Below, piece by piece: positions 28,201-36,037 of a stretch of DNA of 64,000 nucleotides. The translations under genes were made by a program, and so were the position numbers. The stretch comes from Planctomycetota bacterium (lineage in GTDB: Bacteria > Planctomycetota > PUPC01 > JACPCR01), in NCBI GenBank assembly GCA_016179685.1, contig JACPCR010000088.1:627-64626 (forward strand). The letters are read 5' to 3'. The notes under the pieces are model-generated. The model was not told where the DNA came from. It made no database searches and saw only the letters and a program-made list of their open reading frames with translations. The stretch's first letter is position 1. The number at the start of each line of letters is the position of its first letter.

Positions 28201-29584
28201 CGCGTCCCTTTCCTTCTCCTCCTCCAGCCCGGAGGCTTCGCTCGAAGCGCTTGCGGCCCGTTTTCGGGAGACCGCCGGGATGCTGGAGGAGGCCTCGAAG
28301 ATTCAGAAAGCGGGCGACACCGACGCCCTGGGCCGGCATATCGCCCTGGCCGCCCGCCGAGTGGCATTGGACGTGGAAGGGGCCGAACGGTTGATCGAAC
28401 AGCTCTTCTTCCGGCTCACGCTGCTGCCACCGGGTGACGCGGAAACGGGCCGCCGGGACGACGTCCTGCTCCTCCACCTGCGCGAAGCCCTCGGACGTTA
28501 CGAGGCGCGGGCAAGGCCCCATGAGGGCGCTCTCGAAGGGGCCGCAGGTCACGCCCTCGATGCCGGCCAGTTGGCCAGTCTCCATGCGGAGACCGCGTCC
28601 CTCCAGCTCCTCCACCGTTCCCTAGCGGCTCGCCTCGATTCCCTCCTTGCCGACTCCCGGGGCGGAAATCTCCTCGGGGACCAGGAACTGGTTCGCTTCG
28701 GCCTCATGAAGGAACTCGATCGTACGCGGCTTCAAGTCGATACCACCGCCTCCCTCATCTCCGGGTCCGGCGACGCCCTCGAAGCCGCACGGAACTTCCT
28801 GGAAAAGTCGCCCGAGGCCCTCTGGATCGGCTTGCAGGCGCAGGCCCCGAGCGTCGAGTCCGCCCGCATGGCCATCGAGCGCGCCCGCGAGGCCCTCCGG
28901 CGTCCGGACCCGGACGCCGCCGAAGCGGGCCGCCAGGTCGCAGAAGCCCGCGGGCGGCTCGAGCCGCTGCACGCCCTTCAGGAACAGGCCGGCGGCTCTG
29001 AAGCTCCAGCGGCCGTTGTGTCTTCTCTGACCGAAGCCGTCAAAGCGATGGCCCGGATTTCCGGGCCGCCGGAGGCCGCCGGACCCGCCGGCGTTCAAGC
29101 CCGGCTCTATGCGCTCGAGGAAATTCTCCGGAGGCTCGACCGTCTCGCCGCCGACTTGGAACAGCCAGACCTCGCCGCCGATCCCGAGTCCGAGACGGCC
29201 TGGCGGGGCGGGCCCGATGATCTCTGGACCAAGGCCTACCGCCAGCACGCGGAAAAGGCCAGGCAGCGCCTCCTGGGCCAGGCCGCAAGGGCCCGCCAGG
29301 CCATCGCCCTCGGCGTCCTCGAAACGGTCCGGCCCCAGCCGAATCCCGACCGATTTGTCGAGGCCTCCGGTTGGTCTCTTTTCCTGTTCCGCCTCGCACG
29401 GTCCGGCCTCGCCGGCAGCAGCGGCATGCGTCCGGCCCCGGCATCCGAGGACCCCTCGGGGGATCCGCACCTCAAGTTCCTCCGGGTCGAGCTGGAGAAA
29501 GCCCGGAAAGTCAAGGACTTGAGGAACTACGCCGCGCCGACCAAGGAGTACCTCGATTCCCTGGCGGATTTCCTCCGCTATTAG
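25214..29584 (+). CDS. 1456-aa membrane-anchored, Ala/Leu/Arg/Glu-rich helical protein (DUF4175-like architecture)
   Basis: Two N-terminal TM segments (AFSAAIVYLVLALAAMHL, LAVHASAGLFLLAGLV) plus a third (LLATGFVFLAALTTFLAL), then beta-rich repeats, then ~900 aa of helical low-complexity sequence. The DUF4175 assignment rests on architecture only. Confidence 0.55.
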   Translation: MASGPSFEHLPSPVAARLKAYHRRKQLFQALRVAFSAAIVYLVLALAAMHLDRFLFLRPETRVRMSLAVHASAGLFLLAGLVRFARRRTRSSQVAYELESRLPPETEERFVTLDNLLERRDFLSSPIATELVQELEAATIRTSEGLRPARLVRDPALRLLATGFVFLAALTTFLALDSAYEFPLMAERFLSPGRPLPKPSFIKIHVTPERLVVGRGGEAVLQARISGRIPVPWKWMLNRLGVTPGRCTLAFEEEAAAGGGAIDRDRAVRADMVRMLRDTFLFTRADLQQSFRYGIRCGDAETEVRAVEVIAQPRILDLRLTATPPAYSGLPEVTLQDFRQPLQFLPGTKILLSFRADQPVPTRLLRFDKARESVEPDWDEQALSGHHGFILKQKTELEITVTNARGFSNVERVRAVLGLREDAAPVARLDWPSSDLEKVPSELVPVQAAIEDDLGIAEVVLRFTLNPTPEEEIAPQEIPIPLEKSGLKSVPVSALFDLDQTRAVPGDTVAFRLRARDTAGNDGLSREMLVRVVSFTRGENERHRLAALRLVRDAFAEAAGPAEDSTARPSVPALGKDAYDRLTKLAASLQIPLPAEPSLHSFARVLEMEHHFTDDPRHKEDLRCVSGLVRYAAAPFPAAGSPLSGDESTRLLRSLAEEVLPSLSAYRQLKNLAWRLFGMRAEVLQIRGQLQETAAEKKADSDGASSVKRRAELYLKTLQDIGDELIGVSRSAPRALDPVRTRGLVGDLNTAAYYLGRGSLARRQSSCEKVAELIPRLLVEVRGAFLPLLEQEQAARARLHLAFESLLDLVAARPPDAAWTPEALDRAIAWLDADARLLGRQPFSPFWPRVVSFALASELARGRPGGPATEIARAGPAGDFHHLVHPPEAWSENVRLERLAAEELAFLSHLDTLLGMRGLSTTEMLMELTLLELEKTGASGNSPSPEREALASRLSSLDMDSGVPADEITKLRARTVEVAAAALGHLPTATRALAEAASLSFSSSSPEASLEALAARFRETAGMLEEASKIQKAGDTDALGRHIALAARRVALDVEGAERLIEQLFFRLTLLPPGDAETGRRDDVLLLHLREALGRYEARARPHEGALEGAAGHALDAGQLASLHAETASLQLLHRSLAARLDSLLADSRGGNLLGDQELVRFGLMKELDRTRLQVDTTASLISGSGDALEAARNFLEKSPEALWIGLQAQAPSVESARMAIERAREALRRPDPDAAEAGRQVAEARGRLEPLHALQEQAGGSEAPAAVVSSLTEAVKAMARISGPPEAAGPAGVQARLYALEEILRRLDRLAADLEQPDLAADPESETAWRGGPDDLWTKAYRQHAEKARQRLLGQAARARQAIALGVLETVRPQPNPDRFVEASGWSLFLFRLARSGLAGSSGMRPAPASEDPSGDPHLKFLRVELEKARKVKDLRNYAAPTKEYLDSLADFLRY

Positions 29585-30112
29585 TACACGTGTAAGGAAG
29601 TGAAAACTTCTGTCGTCCCTACGGGACTCACAGATACAGGCTTCCGGTGACGATCACTAAGAAGTTACCCCGTTCGCAAGTAGAACTTCGCTAGGCCATC
29701 GGTAGGCGCTTGCGTGGTCGCTATCGTCTCCGCCTCTACGCACGTCACGAAGATAAGAACGATGGCGATGTAGATGGCCGGAGTCATTGCCCGGATCGTT
29801 GCGGGAAGGCGTATCCTGGAGATCGCTACCCAACGCGGGAGGCCGAGGAACTCGATCTCAATGCGTAGTATCAGTTTAGCGGGGTAGTACCTGTGAGATT
29901 CAGAATGCGATGGGAGGTGAAGGCCCGTATCTGTTTAGCGGGTCAACAGACGCGACCACGTAACCCATTTTCAGACAATAAATTACGAAATCACCACGGA
30001 GAATGGACGGTAGTGCAACTCCTGGGACCACCTGCGCAACACATTTTGAGGCAATGGGTTACGCCTTCAGGCTGCGGATGGCGCTAAACAAGTACCTGTT
30101 GTTCTTCCTTAA

Positions 30113-30313
30113 GGGCCTGTCAAGAAATAAACTGTGCAATTTGCCAGGGTAATTTTGGCGCGAGACAAGGAGCGAGGAGCGTGATGTGCCTGGACGGCAC
30201 AGAAGCGACGAGCGACGAAGTCGCAGCCCAAAAGCGCCCTGGCCCTTCGGGGAGGCCCATCTTTGGCCGGTTGCTTCGTTGCTCCTCCTCGACGGTTATT
30301 TCTTGACAGGCCC
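30113..30313. mobile_element. MITE-like 201-bp element with 18-bp perfect terminal inverted repeats, flanked by TAA on both sides
   Basis: GGGCCTGTCAAGAAATAA at 30113..30130 is the exact reverse complement of TTATTTCTTGACAGGCCC at 30296..30313. TAA is present at 30110..30112 and at 30314..30316. There is no transposase ORF inside. Confidence 0.35.
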
Positions 30314-30367
30314 TAACCACGTCCGGGCGTACGAAGCCTTGCTCCGTAATGTTCCCATCGCTGTTTC

Positions 30368-31552
30368 GTGCGCTTTGTGGCCCGGTGGATATACTCTTCA
30401 TGCGCTCCCTGCTTTCGTGCTCCATGCTGCGTGGCTGCCGTGTCGTTCTGGCTCACTCCTCCATGCCCTTTGCGCGTTCTGGCCGTCGTACTCCTGGCCC
30501 CCCTGGCCGTGTCACGAGCCAGTGAAGACTCGGCGCCGGACGCCAAACAGGTGCGGTCGGCCATCGACGCCGGCCTTCACTGGCTCGCGGAAAAACAGGT
30601 CCGAGACGGGGCAGAGGCCGGCGGCTGGGGCAATCCGCGCTACCAGACCGCCGTCGCCAGCTTCGCCGGCCTCGCCTTCCTCGCCAATGGATATGAGCCC
30701 GGCAAAGGCGACTACGGTGATGTCGTCCTACGGGCCCTCCAGTTCGTCCAGGCCAGCATGACGCCCGATGGCTACCTCGGCAGTCGTGACAACTCGATGT
30801 ACGTCCATGCCATCGCTACCCTTTTCGGGCTCTCCTGCCTCGGGCGCTCGGCCGGCGGGGAGCGGGACCGCGAGCTGGCTGAATGGTGTCGCCGCAGCCT
30901 CGCCCTCACCCTGGCCGCGCAGAAGGTCAAGAAAACGCGGCTGGAGCAGGGCGGATGGCGCTACAGCCCCTTTTCCAACGACAGCGACCTCTCCGTCACT
31001 TCCTGGCAGCTTCTTACGCTCCACGCTGCGCGCCAGTGCGGCTATGAGATCGACGAGGCCGTTTTTGAAGCTGCCATGAAATACGTCAACGGCGCCTACC
31101 TGGTCACCGAGACCGGGAAGGCCGGCTTCCTCTACCGCGTCGGGGCCAGCAACGTGCCCGAGCCGGCCGTGACGGGCGTTGCCGTTTTCCTCAAGAGCCT
31201 CTTCGAAAGGGATTCGGACGAGAAGATCGAGAAAGCGCTCGAGTATCTCGAGGATTTCTCGCCCGGCTGGGGAGGCCGCCAGTACAACGGCTTTTTCTAC
31301 TTCGGCAGCTTCTACATGGCGCAGGGCACGTTCCAGAGGGGCGACGAGGCCTGGTCCGACTTCGCCCCCAAAATCCAGCGGGTCCTCCTCGACCACCAGG
31401 AGGCGGACGGCCACTGGGGCTTCCCGCCGGACAACAGCCCACAGAGCCACCCGGCGGGACACGCCTATACGACCGCCCTGGCCCTCCTCATCCTGTCCCT
31501 CGATCGGCAATACCTCCCCATGTTCCAGAGGCAAAGTCTACAAAGTCCTTAA
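30368..31552 (+). CDS. prenyltransferase/squalene-oxidase-repeat (terpenoid cyclase-like alpha/alpha toroid) secreted protein
   Basis: Repeated Q/W-containing units (GGWGNPRYQTAVASFAGLAFL, QGGWRYSP...DLSVTSWQLLTLHAA, DGHWGFPP...GHAYTTALALLIL) and a signal-like LRVLAVVLLAPLAVSRASE. The start is uncertain: GTG 30368 or TTG 30470. Confidence 0.65.
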   Translation: MRFVARWIYSSCAPCFRAPCCVAAVSFWLTPPCPLRVLAVVLLAPLAVSRASEDSAPDAKQVRSAIDAGLHWLAEKQVRDGAEAGGWGNPRYQTAVASFAGLAFLANGYEPGKGDYGDVVLRALQFVQASMTPDGYLGSRDNSMYVHAIATLFGLSCLGRSAGGERDRELAEWCRRSLALTLAAQKVKKTRLEQGGWRYSPFSNDSDLSVTSWQLLTLHAARQCGYEIDEAVFEAAMKYVNGAYLVTETGKAGFLYRVGASNVPEPAVTGVAVFLKSLFERDSDEKIEKALEYLEDFSPGWGGRQYNGFFYFGSFYMAQGTFQRGDEAWSDFAPKIQRVLLDHQEADGHWGFPPDNSPQSHPAGHAYTTALALLILSLDRQYLPMFQRQSLQSP

Positions 31553-31710
31553 GGCGGGCGAAGCCCGCAACCCAACACGGCTCGGAAAGGTGTCAGGGTT
31601 CAGGGTTCAGGAATCCACTGACACCCGACCCGCCTCCCACTGGGACAAGTCTGGCGGGACACCTTTCAACTTGTCCGAGTGGCGCGGAGCAGTTACACCT
31701 TTAGACTCTA

Positions 31711-31800
31711 ATGAAATCCGCTGCGCCCTCCGGGCTCACGGATTTCAGAGCCAGGGTTGGCCCGGCTACGCCGGCCCAACCCAAGTGGGTAAGCAGAAGT
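31711..31800 (+). repeat. ~90-nt intergenic repeat family A, copy 1 (two GC-rich hairpins)
   Basis: ATGAAATCCGCTGCGCCCTCCGGGCTCACGGATTTCAGAGCCAGGGTTGGCCCGGCTACGCCGGCCCAACC... is near-identical to 44529..44619 and to the reverse complement of 46690..46772. The first hairpin is GAAATCCG (31713..31720) paired with CGGATTTC (31739..31746). Confidence 0.85.
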
Positions 31801-31809
31801 CTCCTTCCC

Positions 31810-32622
31810 ATGCCTGACCTCATGGTTTCCAGCACCCAGAACAACCGGGTCAAGACCGTCGTCAAGCTGCGCGAGAGGCAGCACCGGGAGGAGCTGGGCT
31901 TGATGCTCGTCGAGGGCCGGCGTGAAGTCGCCTGCGCCCTTCAGGGCGGGGTGGAATTCGTTGAGCTGTATGCATGCGAGCCGTGGCTGAGGTCCGAGGG
32001 AGACGCTTCCCTGCTCGAGGAGGCCCGGAAACGCGGCATTCTCGTGGTTTCCTGCACCCCTCGAGTATTTGAAAAGATGGTCTTTGGCGACCGCGCAGAG
32101 GGCCTCCTCGGTGTGGCGCGCCCGCATTGGATCTCCCTCGGGGAACTGGAGACCGCCGCCTCGGCTCTTCTCCTGGTCATCGAGGGAATCGAGAAGCCCG
32201 GCAACCTCGGGGCCATCTTTCGCTCCGCGGACGCCGCGGGCGTCACCGGCGTCGTCCTCTGCGAGCCACGGACGGACCTGTTCAACCCGAATGCCATCCG
32301 GTCGAGCCTGGGAACCCTCTTCACCGTGCCTGCAGTCGTGTCGGGTGCTGCCGAGGCCCTGGCCTGGCTGAAGGCTCGCCGGTTGCTCCTGGTGGCCGCG
32401 ACGCCCCAGGGGGAGCAGGTTTATACCTCCGTGGACTATCGGACGCCCTGCGCCATTCTCCTCGGCAGCGAGCACGCGGGCCTCAGTTCCTTCTGGCTCG
32501 AGGCCGCCGACGCTCGTGTCCGTATCCCCATGCGCGGGCGCGCCGACTCGCTCAACCTGGCCATGTCCGCCACGATTCTCGCCTTCGAGGCCGCGAGACA
32601 GAGAGCGTCCGTCAGCGGATGA
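31810..32622 (+). CDS. TrmH/SpoU-family RNA 2'-O-methyltransferase
   Basis: LLLVIEGIEKPGNLGAIFRSADAAGV, NPNAIRSSLG, ILLGSEHAGLS and IPMRGRADSLNLAMSATILAFE are present. The start is set at ATG 31810 because the ORF-track extension is the family A repeat. Confidence 0.85.
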   Translation: MPDLMVSSTQNNRVKTVVKLRERQHREELGLMLVEGRREVACALQGGVEFVELYACEPWLRSEGDASLLEEARKRGILVVSCTPRVFEKMVFGDRAEGLLGVARPHWISLGELETAASALLLVIEGIEKPGNLGAIFRSADAAGVTGVVLCEPRTDLFNPNAIRSSLGTLFTVPAVVSGAAEALAWLKARRLLLVAATPQGEQVYTSVDYRTPCAILLGSEHAGLSSFWLEAADARVRIPMRGRADSLNLAMSATILAFEAARQRASVSG

Positions 32623-32771
32623 CCAGCCATCGTGCAACCAGTTCGCCAGTGCACTCGCACGGACGAGCTTGTTGACTGGCGTCTTTGCGTGCCGCAACTT
32701 ACGGTGTACGCTACTCAAGGGCCGTCTCGCTCCTCTCCTTCCGCGACCCGTCATCCCGAATGGTCCCGCCC

Positions 32772-33935
32772 ATGAGCCGCTTCAGCCGTTCTCCTGTTTT
32801 CCTGGCCTATCTCCTGTTTTCCGTCATGTCCGACGTTCAATCCCAGCAGAATCCCCTCGCCAGGCCGCCGGCGGTGCAGAATCCCCTCGCCAAGCCGAAG
32901 CCGAAGTCCCTGCACTTCCTCATGCAGACTTGCGTGGACAAGGAAGGCACGGGGAAAGAGGCCTTCCGCTTTCTCATCCCGGCCGGCTGGAAATTCGAGG
33001 GTGGCGTACGCTGGAATCTGGCATGTCCCGGCATGCCCGCAACCGTGTCCTACACGGTCCGGAATCCCGCCGGGGACGAGGTGCTCGAGGTCTTTCCGAA
33101 CCAGATTTTCTTTTATACGACGGACCCGACGTCCCTGTCCTTCTTCCCGGTCGGCTCGAACTATCTGGGCTCGGAGGTGAGGCCGCTGGCGGACGCATCG
33201 AAGGTGCTGGCGCAGATCGTGCTTCCCCGATTCCGCAGAAGCGTCACGGGCCTGCGCCAGGTGCGCGAGGAGAAGCTTCCGGACCTGGCGCGCCAGCTCC
33301 GCACGCTCCCCGGCGACGCGGCGGGGGTCACCACCTTTGTGGATGCGGCCAAGCTGCGCGTCGAATACCCCGCGGGTCAGCGGATGCTCGAGGAGGACCT
33401 CACCGCGGTGGTCGAGTCGGCCTCGTTCAACACCTTCGGCATGAACGGCGCCGTGACCATGACCAACTGGCTCGCGGAATACCTGATGGCCTTCCGGACG
33501 GAAAAGGGCAAGCTGGACGCCAACGCCCGGGTGTTCCAGACGATGGTGACCTCGTTCCGGTGGAATCCGCAGTGGTTCAACCAGTACACGCAGGTCAGCC
33601 AGGCCCTGATTCAAATGAAAAACCAGCAGATTCAGCAGGCAGCGAATCTGAGCCGCATCCTGAGTCAGACGCAGAACGAGATCAGCGACATCATCATGAA
33701 GAGCTACGAGGAGCGGCAGGCGGCGTATGACCGGATTTCGACGAATTTCAGCCAGGCGATACGCGGGGTGGAGTCTTTCCGCGACCCGGTGGGGGAGCGG
33801 AGCGTGGAGCTTCCGAGCGGGTATGGCCGCGCGTGGGCGAACGGCCTGGGCGAATACATCGTCTCGGACGATCCGAGCTACAATCCGAACGAAGGCACGA
33901 ACCAGACCTGGCGCGTGATGGAAAAGGGCGAGTAA
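32772..33935 (+). CDS. hypothetical secreted protein (388 aa) with a Gln-rich coiled-coil segment
   Basis: Signal peptide MSRFSRSPVFLAYLLFSVMSDVQS. No recognisable catalytic motif. Contains QALIQMKNQQIQQAANLSRILSQTQNEI. Confidence 0.6.
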   Translation: MSRFSRSPVFLAYLLFSVMSDVQSQQNPLARPPAVQNPLAKPKPKSLHFLMQTCVDKEGTGKEAFRFLIPAGWKFEGGVRWNLACPGMPATVSYTVRNPAGDEVLEVFPNQIFFYTTDPTSLSFFPVGSNYLGSEVRPLADASKVLAQIVLPRFRRSVTGLRQVREEKLPDLARQLRTLPGDAAGVTTFVDAAKLRVEYPAGQRMLEEDLTAVVESASFNTFGMNGAVTMTNWLAEYLMAFRTEKGKLDANARVFQTMVTSFRWNPQWFNQYTQVSQALIQMKNQQIQQAANLSRILSQTQNEISDIIMKSYEERQAAYDRISTNFSQAIRGVESFRDPVGERSVELPSGYGRAWANGLGEYIVSDDPSYNPNEGTNQTWRVMEKGE

Positions 33936-34140
33936 TCGGCGGGGGCACCTTCTCAGCGAACATTGTCACGGCCGGTGTGGCCGGCCCCAAAGGTGCTGAC
34001 ATGGGGTTGGGGTTCGCGGCGATGACTTCCATCCGTTTTTCATCGGCGCGCCGCCGCCCCCTGACGCCGCCAGCTCCGTGCGACAAAATCTCATTCCTCA
34101 GAGCCGGCCAAAAACCAGCAAAAAGGAACGTACTGGTGTA

Positions 34141-34416
34141 CTAATCACCCAGCGAGGATATTCCGAAAACCGACAGCGCCACGAGACCCGCCACGACCAC
34201 CACCACGAAGACCACCTCGCCCGCGGTCTCGATCATATCCTCCCCGCCCGCCGGACCGGTGTCGGCCACTCTTTGCGAATCGTGTTCCTGCACTGCCAGA
34301 ACCTCGATTTCCAGGGGTGTGAACTCCGACCTGTCCAGTTCACCGGCCCAGACTTCCCGGCCTTCGGGGCAGGCGGCAAGCGAAGCCATCAGCATGAGGA
34401 AGGTCAGGCGGTTCAT
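34141..34416 (-). CDS. 91-aa acidic protein with a lipobox-type signal peptide and a C-terminal TM anchor
   Basis: MNRLTFLMLMASLAAC (L-A-A-C lipobox), an acidic middle containing GPAGGEDM, and a C-terminal VVFVVVVVAGLVALSVFGI. It lies 41 nt downstream of the C39-like gene. Confidence 0.45.
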   Translation of the reverse strand: MNRLTFLMLMASLAACPEGREVWAGELDRSEFTPLEIEVLAVQEHDSQRVADTGPAGGEDMIETAGEVVFVVVVVAGLVALSVFGISSLGD

Positions 34417-34457
34417 GAGTGCATCTCCCGTTCATCGAGTAGGGAAACCAGGCTTTT

Positions 34458-35126
34458 TCATTCAGGTTCGCGGCTTCCGCAGAGCAATGCGGAGTAGCGC
34501 GTCCGGGACCAAGCCGCCAGCAGAGGGGCCGTGTCCATAACGCGATAACCCACAATCGGGTCCATGATGAGGAACTCCCCGGCTCTGCGGCCGATTCCGA
34601 AGACGACCAGGAAATGCCGGGTCAGGGGCGGGTTGCCTTCCTGGCGTGATCTCAGGAATTCTCGGAACGCTGCGCCGAGCACGGGGACCCTCCGGCCCGC
34701 ATTTTCGGTGATCGGCCATTCCACTGCAAGGATGACGGGCCGACCCTTTCGCACCTGCGCCTCCAGTTTGCCGGCCGGGTCCTCCGCCATGGACAGGACG
34801 AAGGCCTCCCTGCCCCTGGACACGGCGATGCGTTTCAGGTCCAAAAGGGTGTAGCCTTGTCCGGGAGCGAGATGCGGGTCTCGCGGGGGATGGTGCAGCA
34901 CGATTTCCGCCTCGGTGATGGGGACGTCCCAGTACGCCAGCACGGAGCTGAGGCAGGCCGCGCCGCAGGAGTCGTCGTGAGTCTGCCGCGTCCATCGGAG
35001 GCGACAATAGTCCCAGTCCCGATATCGGGCCGTGAATTCCGGCGAGTCCGTGCTGGTCGGAGCGGACCTGCATCCCTGAAACCCGGCCAGGGCGGCGAGC
35101 ACGAGCAGGAAGCCGCGGGCATTCAA
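34458..35126 (-). CDS. standalone peptidase C39-like (bacteriocin-processing-type papain fold) protein with an N-terminal signal/anchor
   Basis: All four C39 catalytic elements appear in order: Q (RQTHDD), C (SCGAACLSSVLAY), H (RHFLVVFG), D (FLIMDP). The hydrophobic N-terminus is GFLLVLAALAGFQGC. TTG 35126 is the only in-frame start and is preceded by GAGGGG at ~7 nt. The rest of ORF 34458..36104 is an antisense/out-of-frame read-through over the neighbouring TIM-barrel gene. Confidence 0.6.
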   Translation of the reverse strand: MNARGFLLVLAALAGFQGCRSAPTSTDSPEFTARYRDWDYCRLRWTRQTHDDSCGAACLSSVLAYWDVPITEAEIVLHHPPRDPHLAPGQGYTLLDLKRIAVSRGREAFVLSMAEDPAGKLEAQVRKGRPVILAVEWPITENAGRRVPVLGAAFREFLRSRQEGNPPLTRHFLVVFGIGRRAGEFLIMDPIVGYRVMDTAPLLAAWSRTRYSALLCGSREPE

Positions 35127-35182
35127 GCGAGTTTCCCCTCGTGTTGCAGCATCACGATGGAAATTCCGAGGCCGGGTAATCT

Positions 35183-36037
35183 CTATCGGGCGAGCTTCTT
35201 CAGGAAACGGAGGCCCTGCCGGGCCAGCTCGTCGCCGCTCGGAGCCAGGGGACGCCAGATGGCGGTCGCGGCGGCGATCTCCTTGACGGCCGGGACGAAG
35301 CTTTCGATGGTGAGCCAGCCGTCGTAGCGCAAGGCCTTCAGTGTGCGCATCACGCCGTACCAATCGACGTGCCCCGAGCCCGGGATGCCGCGGTCGTTCT
35401 CGCAGCAGTGCACGTGGTGCAGCCATTTTCCCGCTTTTCGTGCCGCGCCGGCGAAGTCCTTCTCCTCGATGTTCGCGTGGAAGGTGTCCAGATGGACCCG
35501 CACGTTCGGCTCGCCGATGTCGCGGCACAGCTTCACGGTGTCCTCCACGGTGTTGAGAAAGTAGGTTTCGAACCGGTTGAGCGGCTCGAGGTCGAGGGAA
35601 ATCCCGGCCCGGGCCGCGTGGCGGGCCACCTTGCCCAGCGAGGCCGCACAATGGTCCCACTCCCGGCGAATGCGGCCGGGCGGATTCCGGTCCGCCGGCG
35701 GGCGGATGCCCACGGGCGCATAGAGCGGCCCGCAGAGGATTTTCGCCCCGATGGCGGCGTTGAGGTCGACCACCCGGCGGAGATGCTCCACCCCGCGGTC
35801 CCGGTCCAGCCGGTTGTCCGAGATGATGCTCGTCTGGGGCCCGAGCACCGTGCAGGAGGTGGCTTCCAGCCCGTGGTCTTTCAGAGCCGCAGCGGTCTCC
35901 TTCACCGGTACCGTGTCGGGGGTGAAGAAAGCGAACTCGACGCCGTCGAACCCGAGGTCCGCGGCGCGCCGGATGAATTTCAGGTGCTTCCTTTCGAAGC
36001 TGCCGCACCAGAGCAGCATGTTCACGCCATACTTCAT
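35183..36037 (-). CDS. sugar phosphate isomerase/epimerase (xylose isomerase-like TIM barrel)
   Basis: MKYGVNMLLW..., GFDGVEFAFF, LDLEPLNRFE, HLDTFHANIEE, HVHCCENDRG. AAGGAA lies 7 nt before ATG 36037. ATG 36070 is an alternative start. Confidence 0.8.
   Translation of the reverse strand: MKYGVNMLLWCGSFERKHLKFIRRAADLGFDGVEFAFFTPDTVPVKETAAALKDHGLEATSCTVLGPQTSIISDNRLDRDRGVEHLRRVVDLNAAIGAKILCGPLYAPVGIRPPADRNPPGRIRREWDHCAASLGKVARHAARAGISLDLEPLNRFETYFLNTVEDTVKLCRDIGEPNVRVHLDTFHANIEEKDFAGAARKAGKWLHHVHCCENDRGIPGSGHVDWYGVMRTLKALRYDGWLTIESFVPAVKEIAAATAIWRPLAPSGDELARQGLRFLKKLAR

Noticed and set aside
29893-30087. 64-aa ORF in the AT-rich spacer
   Set aside because: It has no RBS and no motif, and it spans the repeated GTTTAGCG/AGTACCTGT motifs. 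I treated it as non-coding, but it is kept in mind under the spacer finding.
31711-31809. N-terminal extension MKSAAPSGLTDFRARV... of the TrmH-like ORF (and the similar MKSAAPFGLADFRARV ORF at 44415..44711)
   Set aside because: The 'peptide' is the translation of intergenic repeat family A, which also occurs in inverted orientation. It is not coding.
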